The notes under the pieces: generated by a model
Told to the model about the DNA's origin: nothing
Database searches by the model: none
What the model saw: the letters and a program-made list of their open reading frames with translations, nothing else
Source: an uncultured delta proteobacterium
GTDB lineage: Bacteria; Desulfobacterota; Binatia; Binatales; Binataceae
Direction of reading: 5' to 3'
DNA: 64,000 nt
Assembly (NCBI GenBank): GCA_963724765.1
Contig: CAVRVY010000001.1
Location: forward strand, 352,001 to 416,000
Shown: piece after piece, positions 45,641 to 56,246 of the stretch
Layout of the letters: each line of letters starts with the position of its first letter
Numbering within the stretch: position 1 is the stretch's first letter
Position numbers and translations under genes: made by a program

Positions 45641-47479
45641 TCAGTCCACGGCCTGGCGGGTGGGCTCGGCCGCGGTCGCGTATTGCAGCTCGAACAGACG
45701 GTGATACAGGCCGCGGCGGGCGAGCAGTTCCGCGTGCGTGCCGCTCTCGCGCAGCGCGCCCTGGCTCAGCACCAGGATGCGGTCGGCGCGCTCGATGGTG
45801 GAGAGGCGATGCGCGATCACCAGGGCGGTGCGGTCCTTGAGCAGTTCGTCGAGCGCGCGCTGCACCAGCGATTCGGTTTCGCTATCGACGCTGGAAGTCG
45901 CCTCGTCCATCACCAGCACGCGCGGATCGTAGGCGAGCGCGCGGGCGAAGGATAGGAGCTGGCGCTGGCCGGAGGAGAGGTTGGCGCCGCGCTCGCGGAT
46001 TTCCTCTTGCAGGCCGGCGGGCAGCCGCTCGACGAAGTCCAGGGCCTGCGCGCGCCGGAGCGCCTGGCGCACCTCGGCCTCGCCAAGTTCGGTGCGGGCG
46101 AGGCGGACGTTGTCGAACACGTCGCCGGCGAAGAGGAAGACGTCCTGCTGCACCAGGCCGATCGCGCGGCGCAGCGCCGTGAGGTCCCACTCGCGCACGT
46201 CGATGCCGTCGACCAGGATGCGCCCGGCGCTGACGTCGTAAAAGCGCGTGAGCAGCTTGATGATGGTGGATTTGCCGGAGCCGGTGGCGCCGACGATCGC
46301 AATCTTGCGTCCCGGCTCGACGGTGAAGCTCAAATCGCGCAGCACCGGCTCGCCCGCGCGGTAGGCGAAGCCGACGTGGTCGAAGACGATCTCGCCGCGC
46401 ACGGAGCCGGGCTGGCGCGGCGCGGGCGGGCTAGCGATCGCCGCCGGCGTTTCCATCAGCGCCTCGATCCGCTCCATCGCCGCGAGCGCCGATTGCAGGG
46501 TGGTGTACTTGCTCGAAATGTCGCGCATCGGCAAGAAAAACTTTTGCGCGTAATCGATGAAGGCGACCAGCGTGCCGAGCGTGATCACGCGGCGGATCAC
46601 ATCGCTGCCGCCGGCCCACAGGATAATCCCGATGGTCGCCGAGCTGAGCGATTCGACCGCCGAGAAGACACCGGCCTCGTAGATGTTGGCGGTCATCTGA
46701 GCGTCGCGGCTCTTGATATTGAGCGCGTCGAACTCTTCGCGGCTCCGCTTTTCGCGCGTGAAAAGCTGAACCACGGCCATCCCGGCCAGCGCCTCGGCCA
46801 GGTAGGCGTTGAGCGCGGCCAGCCGTTCGCGGATCTCTCGGTAGACCACGCGGGCGCGGCTGCCGAAAAAGTTCAGGATGAGCAGCAGTGGAGGCACTGC
46901 GCACATCGCCCACAGCGCCAGCCGTGCGTTGAACGCGAACATGATCGCGACGATTCCCAGCATCGTCAGCACGTCGATGAACATCGTGAGCGAGCCCGCG
47001 CTGAACATCTCGTTGATCGCGTCGATATCGGTGGTCATCCGGCTGACCAGCCTGCCGGTCGGCGTACGATCGAAAAATGCCATTGGCAGGCGTTCGACAT
47101 GCTTGAACAGCGCCATCCGGAGGTCCGACAGGCTGTACTGCGCGACCATCATGGTCAGGTAGAACTGCCCGTAAAAGGTCGAGAACTCGCCCGCCACCAG
47201 CAGCAGGTACACGAAGCCCATCGCGAGCAGTCCGTGCGAGCCGAAAGCCTCAAGCACCGGCCGTAGCCATCCTGGCGGCACGGTGCGGTTGTGGGTCAGA
47301 AACAGATCGATCGTGAGTTTCCAGATGTACGGTTGGGCGAGCGCGAACAGCGAATTGAGCGGCATCAGCACCACGGACAGGAAGAACAGGCGGCGGTACG
47401 GATGGACGTAGCTCCACACCCACCTGAGCAGCTTCAGGTCGTAAACGCGGCCCAGTTTTTCTTCCGCCGCGATCTCCAT
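45641..47479 (-). CDS. ABC transporter fused permease/ATPase (MdlB-like)
   Basis: TM domain, GATGSGKST, LSSGQRQ, MDEATS and AHRLST. Confidence 0.93.
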   Translation of the reverse strand: MEIAAEEKLGRVYDLKLLRWVWSYVHPYRRLFFLSVVLMPLNSLFALAQPYIWKLTIDLFLTHNRTVPPGWLRPVLEAFGSHGLLAMGFVYLLLVAGEFSTFYGQFYLTMMVAQYSLSDLRMALFKHVERLPMAFFDRTPTGRLVSRMTTDIDAINEMFSAGSLTMFIDVLTMLGIVAIMFAFNARLALWAMCAVPPLLLILNFFGSRARVVYREIRERLAALNAYLAEALAGMAVVQLFTREKRSREEFDALNIKSRDAQMTANIYEAGVFSAVESLSSATIGIILWAGGSDVIRRVITLGTLVAFIDYAQKFFLPMRDISSKYTTLQSALAAMERIEALMETPAAIASPPAPRQPGSVRGEIVFDHVGFAYRAGEPVLRDLSFTVEPGRKIAIVGATGSGKSTIIKLLTRFYDVSAGRILVDGIDVREWDLTALRRAIGLVQQDVFLFAGDVFDNVRLARTELGEAEVRQALRRAQALDFVERLPAGLQEEIRERGANLSSGQRQLLSFARALAYDPRVLVMDEATSSVDSETESLVQRALDELLKDRTALVIAHRLSTIERADRILVLSQGALRESGTHAELLARRGLYHRLFELQYATAAEPTRQAVD

Positions 47480-47498
47480 CGTCCACTACTCGCGCGCT

Positions 47499-49259
47499 TC
47501 AGTAGCGCGCGAGTTCTTCCTCCACCAGTTGGCGATGGAACAGCTCGGCGTAAATCCCGCGCTGCGCCATCAACTCCGCGTGCGTGCCGCGCTCGGCAAT
47601 CTCGCCTTCCTCCAGCACGATTATGTGGTCGGCGTCGCGCACGGTGGACGCCCGATGGCTCACCACGACCGTGGTGCGGCCGCGCACGCTCTCGGCCAGG
47701 CTATCGAGCACGGCGCGCTCGGTCTCGGTGTCTACGCTGGAGAGCGCGTCGTCGAGCATCACCACCGCCGGGTCATAGACCAGCACTCGCGCGATCGTGA
47801 CGCGCTGCTTCTGCCCGCCCGAGAGCGACATCCCGCGCTCCCCGACGATTGTCGCAAGGCCCTGCGGCAGCACGGCGATATCGGACTCGAGGCCGGCGAC
47901 GCGCGCGGCGTGGGCGATTTCGTCGAGCGAGGCGTCGGCGCGGCCAAACGCGATGTTACGTGCCATCGTGTCGGAGAACAGCGTCGGCTCCTGCGGCACC
48001 ATCCCGACCGTCTTGCGCAGCGCCCCCAGCGGCAGATCGTGCACGTCGCGCCCGTCGAGCGTGACGCGGCCCGCGGTCGGCTCGACCAGCCGGGTCAGCA
48101 GCTTGACCATCGTGGATTTGCCCGCGCCGGTGCGGCCGACGATCGCGAGCTTCTCTCCGGCGCCGATTTTGACCGAGACGTCGCGCAATGCGTAATGGCC
48201 GTCGCGGCCATTTTCGCCGGACCGGCTTCCATCGTGCGCGAAGTAGCTGAACCAGACGTGCTCCCATTCAATTGCGCCGGCCACTTCCAGCCGCGTCTCG
48301 CCGCCATCGATCGAGGGCGTGACCGGAGCGAAAAAGATCTCGTCGAGCCGCTTCATCGAAGCGCGCCCGCGCTGGTAAATCGAAATCACCCAGCCCAGCG
48401 CCGTGGTCGGCCACATCAACTGCGCCAGGTAGCCCATGAAGGCGACCAGTCCGCCGATCGACATCTGGTTGCGCGTGACCAGGTAGCTGCCGTACACCAG
48501 CACCATCATCATCGAGGTCGCGTACGTGCCGCGGATGAGCGGCATCAACGCGCCGCGCAGCCGCGCGAGCGCCAGGCCCTCCTCGTTGTAACTGTCATTG
48601 CGGCGGCGAAACTGTTCGGCCTCGCGCTCGTGCAGCGTGTAGGCCTTGACGACATGGATGCCCGAAAGGCTCTCCTGCACCTTGGCGCCGATTGCGCCGA
48701 GTTCCTCCTGCACGCGCAGGCTGCGCTCCATCAGCGTCTGCGTGAGCTGGCGGATAGCGAAGAACAGGATCACGAAGGGCACCAGCGATACAAACGTGAG
48801 GCGCCATTGCTTGGTGAACATGAAGGTCAGCGCATAGATGTAGACCAGCGGCGTGTTGGCGAAAGTCAGCGCGCCCATCCCGACCATCATCCGCACCGCG
48901 CTCAGGTCATTGATCATCCGCGACATCAGGTCGCCGGTCTTCAGCCGCTCGTAGAAAGAGCGGTCGAGCAGCGTGAGATGGGTGAAGAGATCGTTGCGCA
49001 GGCAGTATTCGACGTCGCGCCCGCAGTTGAAGAACATGAAGCGCGAGAACCATCGCACCACTCCCATCGCCAGCGCCGCCGCGAAGATTTCGCCGGCAAG
49101 CAGGTTGAGACGGCGGATATCGTGGGCCTGGATGGAGTCGATCGCCTTGCCGGTCAGATATGGCAGCACCATCCCGAGCGTCACGGTGGCGAGCGTGCAG
49201 AGCGTGGCGAACGCGTAGCGATGCCAATACGGGCGAACGTAGCCGAGCAGGCGTTTCAT
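47499..49259 (-). CDS. ABC transporter fused permease/ATPase (MdlA-like)
   Basis: TGDLMSR, GRTGAGKST, LSGGQKQR and LDDALS, the degenerate Walker B typical of heterodimer halves. Confidence 0.93.
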   Translation of the reverse strand: MKRLLGYVRPYWHRYAFATLCTLATVTLGMVLPYLTGKAIDSIQAHDIRRLNLLAGEIFAAALAMGVVRWFSRFMFFNCGRDVEYCLRNDLFTHLTLLDRSFYERLKTGDLMSRMINDLSAVRMMVGMGALTFANTPLVYIYALTFMFTKQWRLTFVSLVPFVILFFAIRQLTQTLMERSLRVQEELGAIGAKVQESLSGIHVVKAYTLHEREAEQFRRRNDSYNEEGLALARLRGALMPLIRGTYATSMMMVLVYGSYLVTRNQMSIGGLVAFMGYLAQLMWPTTALGWVISIYQRGRASMKRLDEIFFAPVTPSIDGGETRLEVAGAIEWEHVWFSYFAHDGSRSGENGRDGHYALRDVSVKIGAGEKLAIVGRTGAGKSTMVKLLTRLVEPTAGRVTLDGRDVHDLPLGALRKTVGMVPQEPTLFSDTMARNIAFGRADASLDEIAHAARVAGLESDIAVLPQGLATIVGERGMSLSGGQKQRVTIARVLVYDPAVVMLDDALSSVDTETERAVLDSLAESVRGRTTVVVSHRASTVRDADHIIVLEEGEIAERGTHAELMAQRGIYAELFHRQLVEEELARY

Positions 49260-49279
49260 GTCTCAGCCTGGCTAACTTA

Positions 49280-50077
49280 TCAAGCCCCCGCGCGGGGACC
49301 AAAGCTCGCGGCGGCGGCCGAAGAGACGCCCCCCGGGGCCGCTTGCGCGAGCGCCTTGTGCGCCAGCACGATCAGGTTGTCTTCAGTCAGCACGCGCCGG
49401 TCGAGCATCCAGCGCGCCAGTTCGCGATTGAGCGCGCGTATCGGCGGTTTGCGCTCGCGCCATACCAGGCGCAGTTGCGTGTCGAGCGCGACCATCGGGT
49501 AAAGCAGCGCGTACAGCACGTAGCTGAACGGTTTGACCTTGCCATGGGCCAGCCGTTCGAGCCGCAAGCCGTTGATGCGCATCAGATAGTAGAGCAGCAC
49601 GAACGGGATCGGATAGTTGTGATAGCGATGCGCCTCATCGAGCGGCGTGTCGAGCGGAATCTGGCGCCGCTTGGCCTTGTGCATTCCCGACAGCATGAAG
49701 CCCAGGCGCGAATCGAGGCGCATGATGTTGGGCGTGGTCAAAATCAGATGACCACCCGGCCGCAGCACGCGCGCCACCTCGCCAAGGGCTGCGCGATGGT
49801 TCTCCAGGTGTTCGATCACCTCGGTGAGCACGACCAGGTCGAAGCTCTCGTCGGGATAGGGCAGGCCGCGCGTGAGGTCGACGCCCTCGTCGATCGGCAT
49901 CCCTTCGATCGGCGGCAGGCCGCGTTCGAAGCGAGTGCCGCGCACCTCGAAACCGCGCGCGGCCAGCGCGCGCATCACTTCGCCGTTGCGGCAGCTCACG
50001 TCGAGCGCGCGCGTGCCGCGAGCGTCGAGGCCGGCGACCAGTTCGAGGACGCCGTCGATTATTTCGCGTGCTGGCAT
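49280..50077 (-). CDS. Class I SAM-dependent methyltransferase
   Basis: LPYPDESFDLV, EVIEHL and RVLRPGG.LILTTPN. Motif I reads ALDVSCRNG. Confidence 0.85.
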   Translation of the reverse strand: MPAREIIDGVLELVAGLDARGTRALDVSCRNGEVMRALAARGFEVRGTRFERGLPPIEGMPIDEGVDLTRGLPYPDESFDLVVLTEVIEHLENHRAALGEVARVLRPGGHLILTTPNIMRLDSRLGFMLSGMHKAKRRQIPLDTPLDEAHRYHNYPIPFVLLYYLMRINGLRLERLAHGKVKPFSYVLYALLYPMVALDTQLRLVWRERKPPIRALNRELARWMLDRRVLTEDNLIVLAHKALAQAAPGGVSSAAAASFGPRAGA

Positions 50078-50213
50078 GGAGTTCTAATCCCGATTCGCCG
50101 CGAGTTCGCGCACGCCGCCCGCGCTTGGTTGTCTGAACCATTCATGGCAATCGGATTACGTTATCAGGTACGCCGAGCGGAATAACAGGCTAGGGGCGCG
50201 GCGCGCACCGGCC

Positions 50214-51017
50214 TCACAATCGGCGCTGTGTTCGCAGCCGGCGCTCGTAGAGCTTGGCGTATTTGAGGAAGACATAAAAAGCCGCACTCATCGCCGCGTA
50301 CAGCCCGCGTCCGCCCTCGCGAAAGCCGCCGCGCAGAAAATAAAAGTTGAGGAAGCGCCAGGCCGGATTGGCGATCATCTTGACCACGGTGAGCGCGCCC
50401 GGGTCGCCCTCGGCCGCCGCCTGCGAGCTTAGCCGGTTGATCGTGGCGACGTGGTCCGCGACGTCGCGATAGCTGAAATGAAGAATCGGCGCGTTGAGTT
50501 TGGCGACGATTCCCGCGTCACTCCCCGCGTTGGTCCCATCGATCTGCACACTGGCGTGCGGCTCGTGCCCGCCAAAGCGCGCGCGCTCGCGGCGAAACAG
50601 CCGCAGGTGCCAGTCCGGGTAGAGTCCGCGCGTGTAGTAGTGGCCGAGATGGTAGAGCACGCGGCGCACGCGGTAGCCGGCGGCCGGTTGCGGGCGCTGA
50701 AGCGCGGCGCGAATTTCGCTGCTCAATTCCCAGGTCGCCTGCTCGTCGGCGTCGAGTGAGAAGACCCATTCCCCGCGGGCCTGTTCGAGCGCGAACTGTT
50801 TTTGCGCGATATATCCTTCGAAGGGCCGCTCGAAAACCCGCGCTCCCAGGCCGCGCGCGATTTCAAGCGTGCGGTCGGTCGAGAACGAATCGACCACGAT
50901 CAATTCATCGCAGAACGCCGCCGCGCTCTTGAGGCATTGGCCGATCAGCTCCTCCTCGTTGCGCGTGATGACGATGAGCGAGATCTTCGGCGCAGTGTTC
51001 GCCGCGTCGGTCATCAC
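50214..51017 (-). CDS. GT2 glycosyltransferase (LPS core beta-glucosyltransferase-like)
   Basis: ITRNEE, VDSFSTDRT, SLDADE, YPDWHLRLF and FLKYAKL. Confidence 0.9.
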   Translation of the reverse strand: MMTDAANTAPKISLIVITRNEEELIGQCLKSAAAFCDELIVVDSFSTDRTLEIARGLGARVFERPFEGYIAQKQFALEQARGEWVFSLDADEQATWELSSEIRAALQRPQPAAGYRVRRVLYHLGHYYTRGLYPDWHLRLFRRERARFGGHEPHASVQIDGTNAGSDAGIVAKLNAPILHFSYRDVADHVATINRLSSQAAAEGDPGALTVVKMIANPAWRFLNFYFLRGGFREGGRGLYAAMSAAFYVFLKYAKLYERRLRTQRRL

Positions 51018-51847
51018 GTCTGGCCTCGCGGCGGCTCGCCGGGCGCGGGTGGAGCATCGGAGGCTGGCGACGCATCGGAGGTTGGCGGCGCACTTATCTC
51101 ATCGAGGAAATGGGCGGAGGCCTCGCACGCGAGCCGATAGCCGGCGTCATCGATCCGCCCGCGCATCAGCTCCACGCGCAGAAACAGGAAATAGGTCTGC
51201 ACGACGTCGTTGCGGCAGTAGCGATGGATCTCCTCCAGCCGGCCCTGCTCGTACAAATCCTGGACCTGCGAGCCGTCGACTTCCATCTTGCCCGGCAGGC
51301 CGATCATCTTGAGCAGCAGGTCCATCCCGCCGCGCAACCCGCCGGCGGCGCCGAAGTTGGTCAGGTAGTCGAAAAGATCCAGATGGCGCTCGGTGGAATA
51401 GCGCGCGCGTCCAGATCCGGTGCCTTCGGCGAAATGTGCGGGCGCGGCGATTCCGTAACGAAGCGCGGCAAGCTCGAGCACGGGAAAATCGAAGCGCCGT
51501 CCGTTGAACGTAACCAGGCATCCGGCGAAACGCTCGGCGCGCGTCCAGAACTCGCGCGCCAGCGCCTCCTCGGAGTAACCATCGAGCGCGAGACTTTCGG
51601 CCGAGCGCAGGACGTGGTCAGCGCCGACGTCGCCGATCGCGATCGAAATCGGAATGTGCAGCGTTAGCGGAAAGAAATCGCTGCCGCGACGCGCACGCAA
51701 CTGTTCGCGGAAACGTTGAAAAGCGTCCTCGTCGCTCAAACCCTCGCCGGCGCATAACGCCTGGTTGAGCAAGCGCTTGTCGACGCGCGTCTCGATGTCA
51801 AATATCGCGAACACCCCAGTTGCCGCCGCGCGGCTCGATGCCGTCAC
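51014..51847 (-). CDS. PolB-related 3'-5' exonuclease (DNA_pol_B_exo2 family)
   Basis: ExoI FDIET, ExoII TFNGRRFDFP, HLDL, LPGK and ExoIII YCRNDV. GTG start at 51847. Confidence 0.85.
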   Translation of the reverse strand: MTASSRAAATGVFAIFDIETRVDKRLLNQALCAGEGLSDEDAFQRFREQLRARRGSDFFPLTLHIPISIAIGDVGADHVLRSAESLALDGYSEEALAREFWTRAERFAGCLVTFNGRRFDFPVLELAALRYGIAAPAHFAEGTGSGRARYSTERHLDLFDYLTNFGAAGGLRGGMDLLLKMIGLPGKMEVDGSQVQDLYEQGRLEEIHRYCRNDVVQTYFLFLRVELMRGRIDDAGYRLACEASAHFLDEISAPPTSDASPASDAPPAPGEPPRGQT

Positions 51848-51854
51848 TCGACGT

Positions 51855-52904
51855 TCAAGCCTCCGTGCGCTCGAGCCCGTCGATGATCCGATCCGCCATC
51901 GAACGGAAGGACGCGGTGACCGGATGGTCCGGGCGCACTGCGACCAGCGGACGCGCGTAGTCGCCGCCCTCGCGCAATTCGCGGACCAGCGGAAGTTCGC
52001 CCAAAAACGGCACACCCAGGTCGTGCGCCAGCCGCTCGCCGCCGCCGTGCGCGAAAATCTCGTGGCGCGCGCCGCACTTGCGGCAGATGTGATAGCTCAT
52101 GTTCTCGATCACGCCCAGCACCGGCACGTTGACTTCCTGGAACATCGTGACACCGCGCCGCACGTCCATCAGCGCGACTTCCTGCGGCGTGGTGACGACG
52201 ATCCCGCCGGCCAACGCGACGCGCTGGGTTATCGTGAGCTGGGCGTCGCCAGTGCCCGGCGGCAGATCTAACACCAGACAGTCGAGTTCGCCCCACTCAA
52301 CGTTGAACAGGAACTCGGTCTCCAGCTTGGTCACCATCGGGCCGCGCCAGATGACGGCCGTCTCGTCGTTCACGAACAGCGCCATCGAGATGTAGCGGAT
52401 GCCGAAGCTTTCCAGCGGGATGATGCGGCGCTCCGGCGTGAGCTCGACGCGCTGGTCGGACCCGACCATCATCGCGACGCTCGGCCCGTAAACGTCGGCG
52501 TCCATCAGGCCGATGCGCCATCCCGCCGCGCGCATCGCCAGCGCCAGGTTCACCGCGACGGTCGATTTGCCGACGCCGCCCTTGCCACTGGCCACCGCGA
52601 GAACGTGACGCACGCCGGGCACGAGCCGCCGATGCGATCCGGGGGCCATCTTTGGAGTGCTCGCGGCCTGCTCCATGTGCACGTCGACGGCCGGAACGCC
52701 CGGCATCGCGGCAACCGTGCGGCGGACGTCGTCGACAATCTGCGCCACCACCTCGGAATTCGCGCTTGGCGCGGTCAGCGTCACGGTGACGCCCTTGTAT
52801 GCGATCTCGATATCCTTGACCATGCCGAAGGAGACGATGTCGCGGGTGAAGCCGGGGTATTTGACTTTCTTGAGTTCGACCAGAATTTCGTTGGGAGTAG
52901 GCAT
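51855..52904 (-). CDS. mrp: Mrp/NBP35 Fe-S cluster carrier ATPase
   Basis: N-terminal FeS_assembly_P-like domain, SGKGGVGKST, DADVYGPS, WRGPM, DLPPGTGD and ENMS..ICRKC. Confidence 0.95.
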   Translation of the reverse strand: MPTPNEILVELKKVKYPGFTRDIVSFGMVKDIEIAYKGVTVTLTAPSANSEVVAQIVDDVRRTVAAMPGVPAVDVHMEQAASTPKMAPGSHRRLVPGVRHVLAVASGKGGVGKSTVAVNLALAMRAAGWRIGLMDADVYGPSVAMMVGSDQRVELTPERRIIPLESFGIRYISMALFVNDETAVIWRGPMVTKLETEFLFNVEWGELDCLVLDLPPGTGDAQLTITQRVALAGGIVVTTPQEVALMDVRRGVTMFQEVNVPVLGVIENMSYHICRKCGARHEIFAHGGGERLAHDLGVPFLGELPLVRELREGGDYARPLVAVRPDHPVTASFRSMADRIIDGLERTEA

Positions 52905-53014
52905 CTATAGGTTGCGGCGCGACGGTGCACCAGGCGCCTCCTTTACGACCGCGACTCGATGTTATCATTCCCGAAGTATGGGAAAAACGCGCCGAGCACC
53001 AAGGCAGGAGATCG

Positions 53015-54994
53015 ATGTCGTGCGCGGCTAAGCCTCAAAACGGCGTGCGAGTCGGCCACGCGGCTGACGCGGGCGCCGTCGTGCGCTTTGCGGCGCACGA
53101 ACTCGCCGCTGGCCTGGATGCGATGCTGCTCGAGACTGCGCGGGTCGAAGCCGTCAACGGTCTCGACCCGCGCAGTCTCGCCGTAGAGGTGGCGGCCGCG
53201 GCGCAAAGCGCCGCGGCCGCCACCTCTACGTCTGCGCGTCCCGCGGCAACGCCGCAGGACGCAGCTTCGTCATCCGGGAGCGCCGCGCGCGAGCGCGCGG
53301 CGCTCCCGGATGACAGCTTCGCGTTGCAGCGCGGTCCTGCGCCCGGCGCCGCCGGCGCCGGGCGCGGGGCCGCGCTGATCGTCGCAGGCGCCTCGGAGCG
53401 CGGTGCGCTCCACGGAGCCTACGACCTGCTCGAGCGCCTGGGCGCGCACTTCGCACTTAGCCGGGCGCCCGCGCTGCCGCGCATAGAACTGGCGCAGCTC
53501 GCGATGCTCGCGCCATATCGCGTCGCGCCGGCATTTAGCCGGCGCGCCCTCGTCTCGGACATCATGACCTGGCACTACGAGAACGCCGAGCGCCTGCGGA
53601 TGCGTCTCGCGGAGGACAGCGCGTTCATCTCCTGGATGGGGCGTCGCGGCATCAACGCATTTTCATACATCCGCCATGCGCAGGATACGCGGCTCAAGAT
53701 CGATGAAGTCGCTCCGATGTTGGCCGAGCGCGGCATCGAGGCGGAATACGGCGGCCACGTGCCCCAGCTTTTGGTGCCGCGCGATCGATTTGCGGCGCAT
53801 CCGGAGTACTTTCCGTGCGGCGAGGACGGCCGGCGGATGGAGAGCGGGAACCTGTGCGTGTCGAATCGGGAGGCGCTCGAATTGGTGCGTGCCGGAGCGC
53901 TCGGTTACGTGCGCGACAACCCCGAGATGGCGATGCTGCACGTATGGGGCGCCGACATACGGCGAGGCGCGTGGTGCCGATGCGGTGAATGCGCGGCATT
54001 GTCGCCGCAGCTCCAGTACATGAAGGTGGTCAACGCGATTGCGGCGGCGCTGGCGCCGGCGGGCGACGCGGCGCCGCCGGTCACTTATCTAGCCTATCAC
54101 GACACGTTGGACCCGGATCCCGCGCTGCATCCGTTCGAGAACGTTTGGTTCGAATGGGCGCCGCGCGAGCGATGCTACGGTCACGCGATCGACGATCCGG
54201 CTTGCGCGGTGAATCCGCGCTACCTGGAGTCGCTCAAGCGTTACGTCGAGATGTTCGACGGGCGCGGCGCAGTCTTCGAGTATTACGCCGATGCGATCCT
54301 GTTCGGCGGGATGGGATTCGCGACGCCATCGATCATTTTGCGTGATCTCAACGCATACCATCGGATGGGCCTGCGGAGCATTTCATGCCTGACTTTCGGC
54401 GGGTTCAGCGCGCTCGCCTATCCGGTCAACCTGGAGACCTTCGCGCGCGCGACCCGCTCACTCGACCTCGATCCCGAGGCGACCGTGGACGAGATCGCGG
54501 CGGCGCGATATCCGGGATGCGGCGCTGCGATGGCTCGGGCGTATCGTGCGATCGCGCGGGCCTCCGCGATGGCGCTTACCTATGGCGACGTGATGCGTCC
54601 GCCGCGGGAGCCGGCCGGCGCGGCGCAAAGACGCGCGCGGCTGCTGCAAGCGGCGGCGGCGACGCGCGAAGGCGTGGCCGCGGCCGGCGCGATAATCTCA
54701 GGCGCCGTGGGAGACTTGGGCGACGCGGCGGCGAAGCCGCAGCTTGGCGCAGAGCGCGATTTGTGGGAATACAGCGCTGAGGCTCTGGAAGGCGTCGCGC
54801 AGTGGCTACAGGCGCGGACGCTGAAGGGTGCCGAGCGCCGCGCGACGGGTGCGCAGGCGATTGACAAGGTCGATCGTGCGATCCGCCAGGTCCGCGAAAT
54901 CGATTCCGCGCTGAAAGGTACTTGGGGTGCTTACGATCTGGAGCGCTTACACGGGATTTGGCTCGAAGGACTGAGGCGCCGGCTGGACCAGTAG
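53015..54994 (+). CDS. DUF4838-like protein (glycoside-hydrolase-like architecture)
   Basis: RGALHGAYDLLERLG, PAF..R, HPEYF, LCVSN, WCRCGEC, LAY and FEYY. Confidence 0.7.
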   Translation: MSCAAKPQNGVRVGHAADAGAVVRFAAHELAAGLDAMLLETARVEAVNGLDPRSLAVEVAAAAQSAAAATSTSARPAATPQDAASSSGSAARERAALPDDSFALQRGPAPGAAGAGRGAALIVAGASERGALHGAYDLLERLGAHFALSRAPALPRIELAQLAMLAPYRVAPAFSRRALVSDIMTWHYENAERLRMRLAEDSAFISWMGRRGINAFSYIRHAQDTRLKIDEVAPMLAERGIEAEYGGHVPQLLVPRDRFAAHPEYFPCGEDGRRMESGNLCVSNREALELVRAGALGYVRDNPEMAMLHVWGADIRRGAWCRCGECAALSPQLQYMKVVNAIAAALAPAGDAAPPVTYLAYHDTLDPDPALHPFENVWFEWAPRERCYGHAIDDPACAVNPRYLESLKRYVEMFDGRGAVFEYYADAILFGGMGFATPSIILRDLNAYHRMGLRSISCLTFGGFSALAYPVNLETFARATRSLDLDPEATVDEIAAARYPGCGAAMARAYRAIARASAMALTYGDVMRPPREPAGAAQRRARLLQAAAATREGVAAAGAIISGAVGDLGDAAAKPQLGAERDLWEYSAEALEGVAQWLQARTLKGAERRATGAQAIDKVDRAIRQVREIDSALKGTWGAYDLERLHGIWLEGLRRRLDQ

Positions 54995-55026
54995 ATCGCA
55001 AACCGGAGCACATCGCACGGGAGGCT

Positions 55027-56202
55027 ATGCGTCAGATGGAGAACGGCAATAACGGCTTCGTGCTGTCGGAAGAGCTGACCGCGCTGCGCGAGCAAGTCAA
55101 GCGCATCATCCGCGACGAGATCATTCCGATCGAAAACCGTCTCGATCCGGATGCGCCCGAGATTCCCGAGGGCGATTTCTGGCCGCTCGCGCGCAAGACT
55201 CAGGCCGCCGGCCTGTGGTGCATGGGCGTGGCGACGAAATACGGCGGCGGTGGACTCGGCACGTTCGAGATGTGCGTGCTGATGGAAGAAATGGCGCAGC
55301 ATCGGATGGGCCTGTACAACCCGGGTGCGGGCGTGTTCGGGCGTACGCCGCCGCCGGTGATCTGGGCCGGCACCGAGGAACAGATCCAGAAATACGCCGT
55401 CCCCACGATCAAGAACGCCTCCTATACTTTTTTTGCGATTACCGAGCCGTCGGGCGGATCCGATCCAGCCGGCGCGATCCAATGCCGCGCGGTACGCAAG
55501 GGCGACACCTACGTGCTGAACGGCACCAAGATTTTCTCCTCCCACGCGCACGAGGCCGAATGGGGCGTAGTGTTCACGCGCACCGATCCCAATGCTGGCC
55601 GCTCAGGTATCACTGCTTTCATCGTCAACAAGAACACGCCCGGCTTCACAGCGCGCCCATTCAAGGTCCTGCGCACGGCGGCGCTGCCGTGCGAGGTCCA
55701 TTTCGAGGATTGCACACTGCCGGCCGAGCAGCGGCTCGGGCCCGAGGGCGGCGGGCTGACGCTGTGCCTCGATTTGCTGACGCGGCTGCGCTTCCCTTAC
55801 TCGGCCTGCAACATCGGCGTCGGCGTGGCGGCGCTCAGGATGGCGGTGGCGCATGCCAAGCAGCGCAAAACCTTCGGCGAGTTGCTGGCGCGCCGCCAGG
55901 CGATCCAATGGATGCTCGCCGATTCGGAAGTCGAGTTGCGCGCGGCGCGTTGGCTTACCTGGGACGGCGCGTGGAAGGCCGACCGCGGCGAGGATGCGAG
56001 GATGGAAGCGTCGATCGCGAAGTTGTATTCGAGCGAGGCGCTCGGCCGCGTGATCGACCGCGCGGTGCAAATCCACGGCGGCTATGGTGTGAGCAAGGAG
56101 TTCCCGCTAGAGCGATGGTACCGCGAGGCGCGCATCCGCCGGATCGGCGAAGGCCCCTCGGAAGTCCATCGGATGGTGATCGCGCGCAACCTGCTGCGCT
56201 GA
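55027..56202 (+). CDS. Acyl-CoA dehydrogenase family protein
   Basis: FAITEPSGGSD, LNGTK, RKTFG, QIHGGYG and RIGEGPSEVHR. Confidence 0.93.
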   Translation: MRQMENGNNGFVLSEELTALREQVKRIIRDEIIPIENRLDPDAPEIPEGDFWPLARKTQAAGLWCMGVATKYGGGGLGTFEMCVLMEEMAQHRMGLYNPGAGVFGRTPPPVIWAGTEEQIQKYAVPTIKNASYTFFAITEPSGGSDPAGAIQCRAVRKGDTYVLNGTKIFSSHAHEAEWGVVFTRTDPNAGRSGITAFIVNKNTPGFTARPFKVLRTAALPCEVHFEDCTLPAEQRLGPEGGGLTLCLDLLTRLRFPYSACNIGVGVAALRMAVAHAKQRKTFGELLARRQAIQWMLADSEVELRAARWLTWDGAWKADRGEDARMEASIAKLYSSEALGRVIDRAVQIHGGYGVSKEFPLERWYREARIRRIGEGPSEVHRMVIARNLLR

Positions 56203-56246
56203 GCGCGCGTGGCGGCGCCGCGCAGCGACGAGGGAGAGAGAGTCGG

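Noticed and set aside
47529-49502. Long antisense ORFs (also 25659-27035, 46007-47266, 56082-57506, 19732-20826 and others)
   Set aside because: These are typical stop-poor shadow frames opposite well-supported genes in high-GC DNA, with no motifs of their own.
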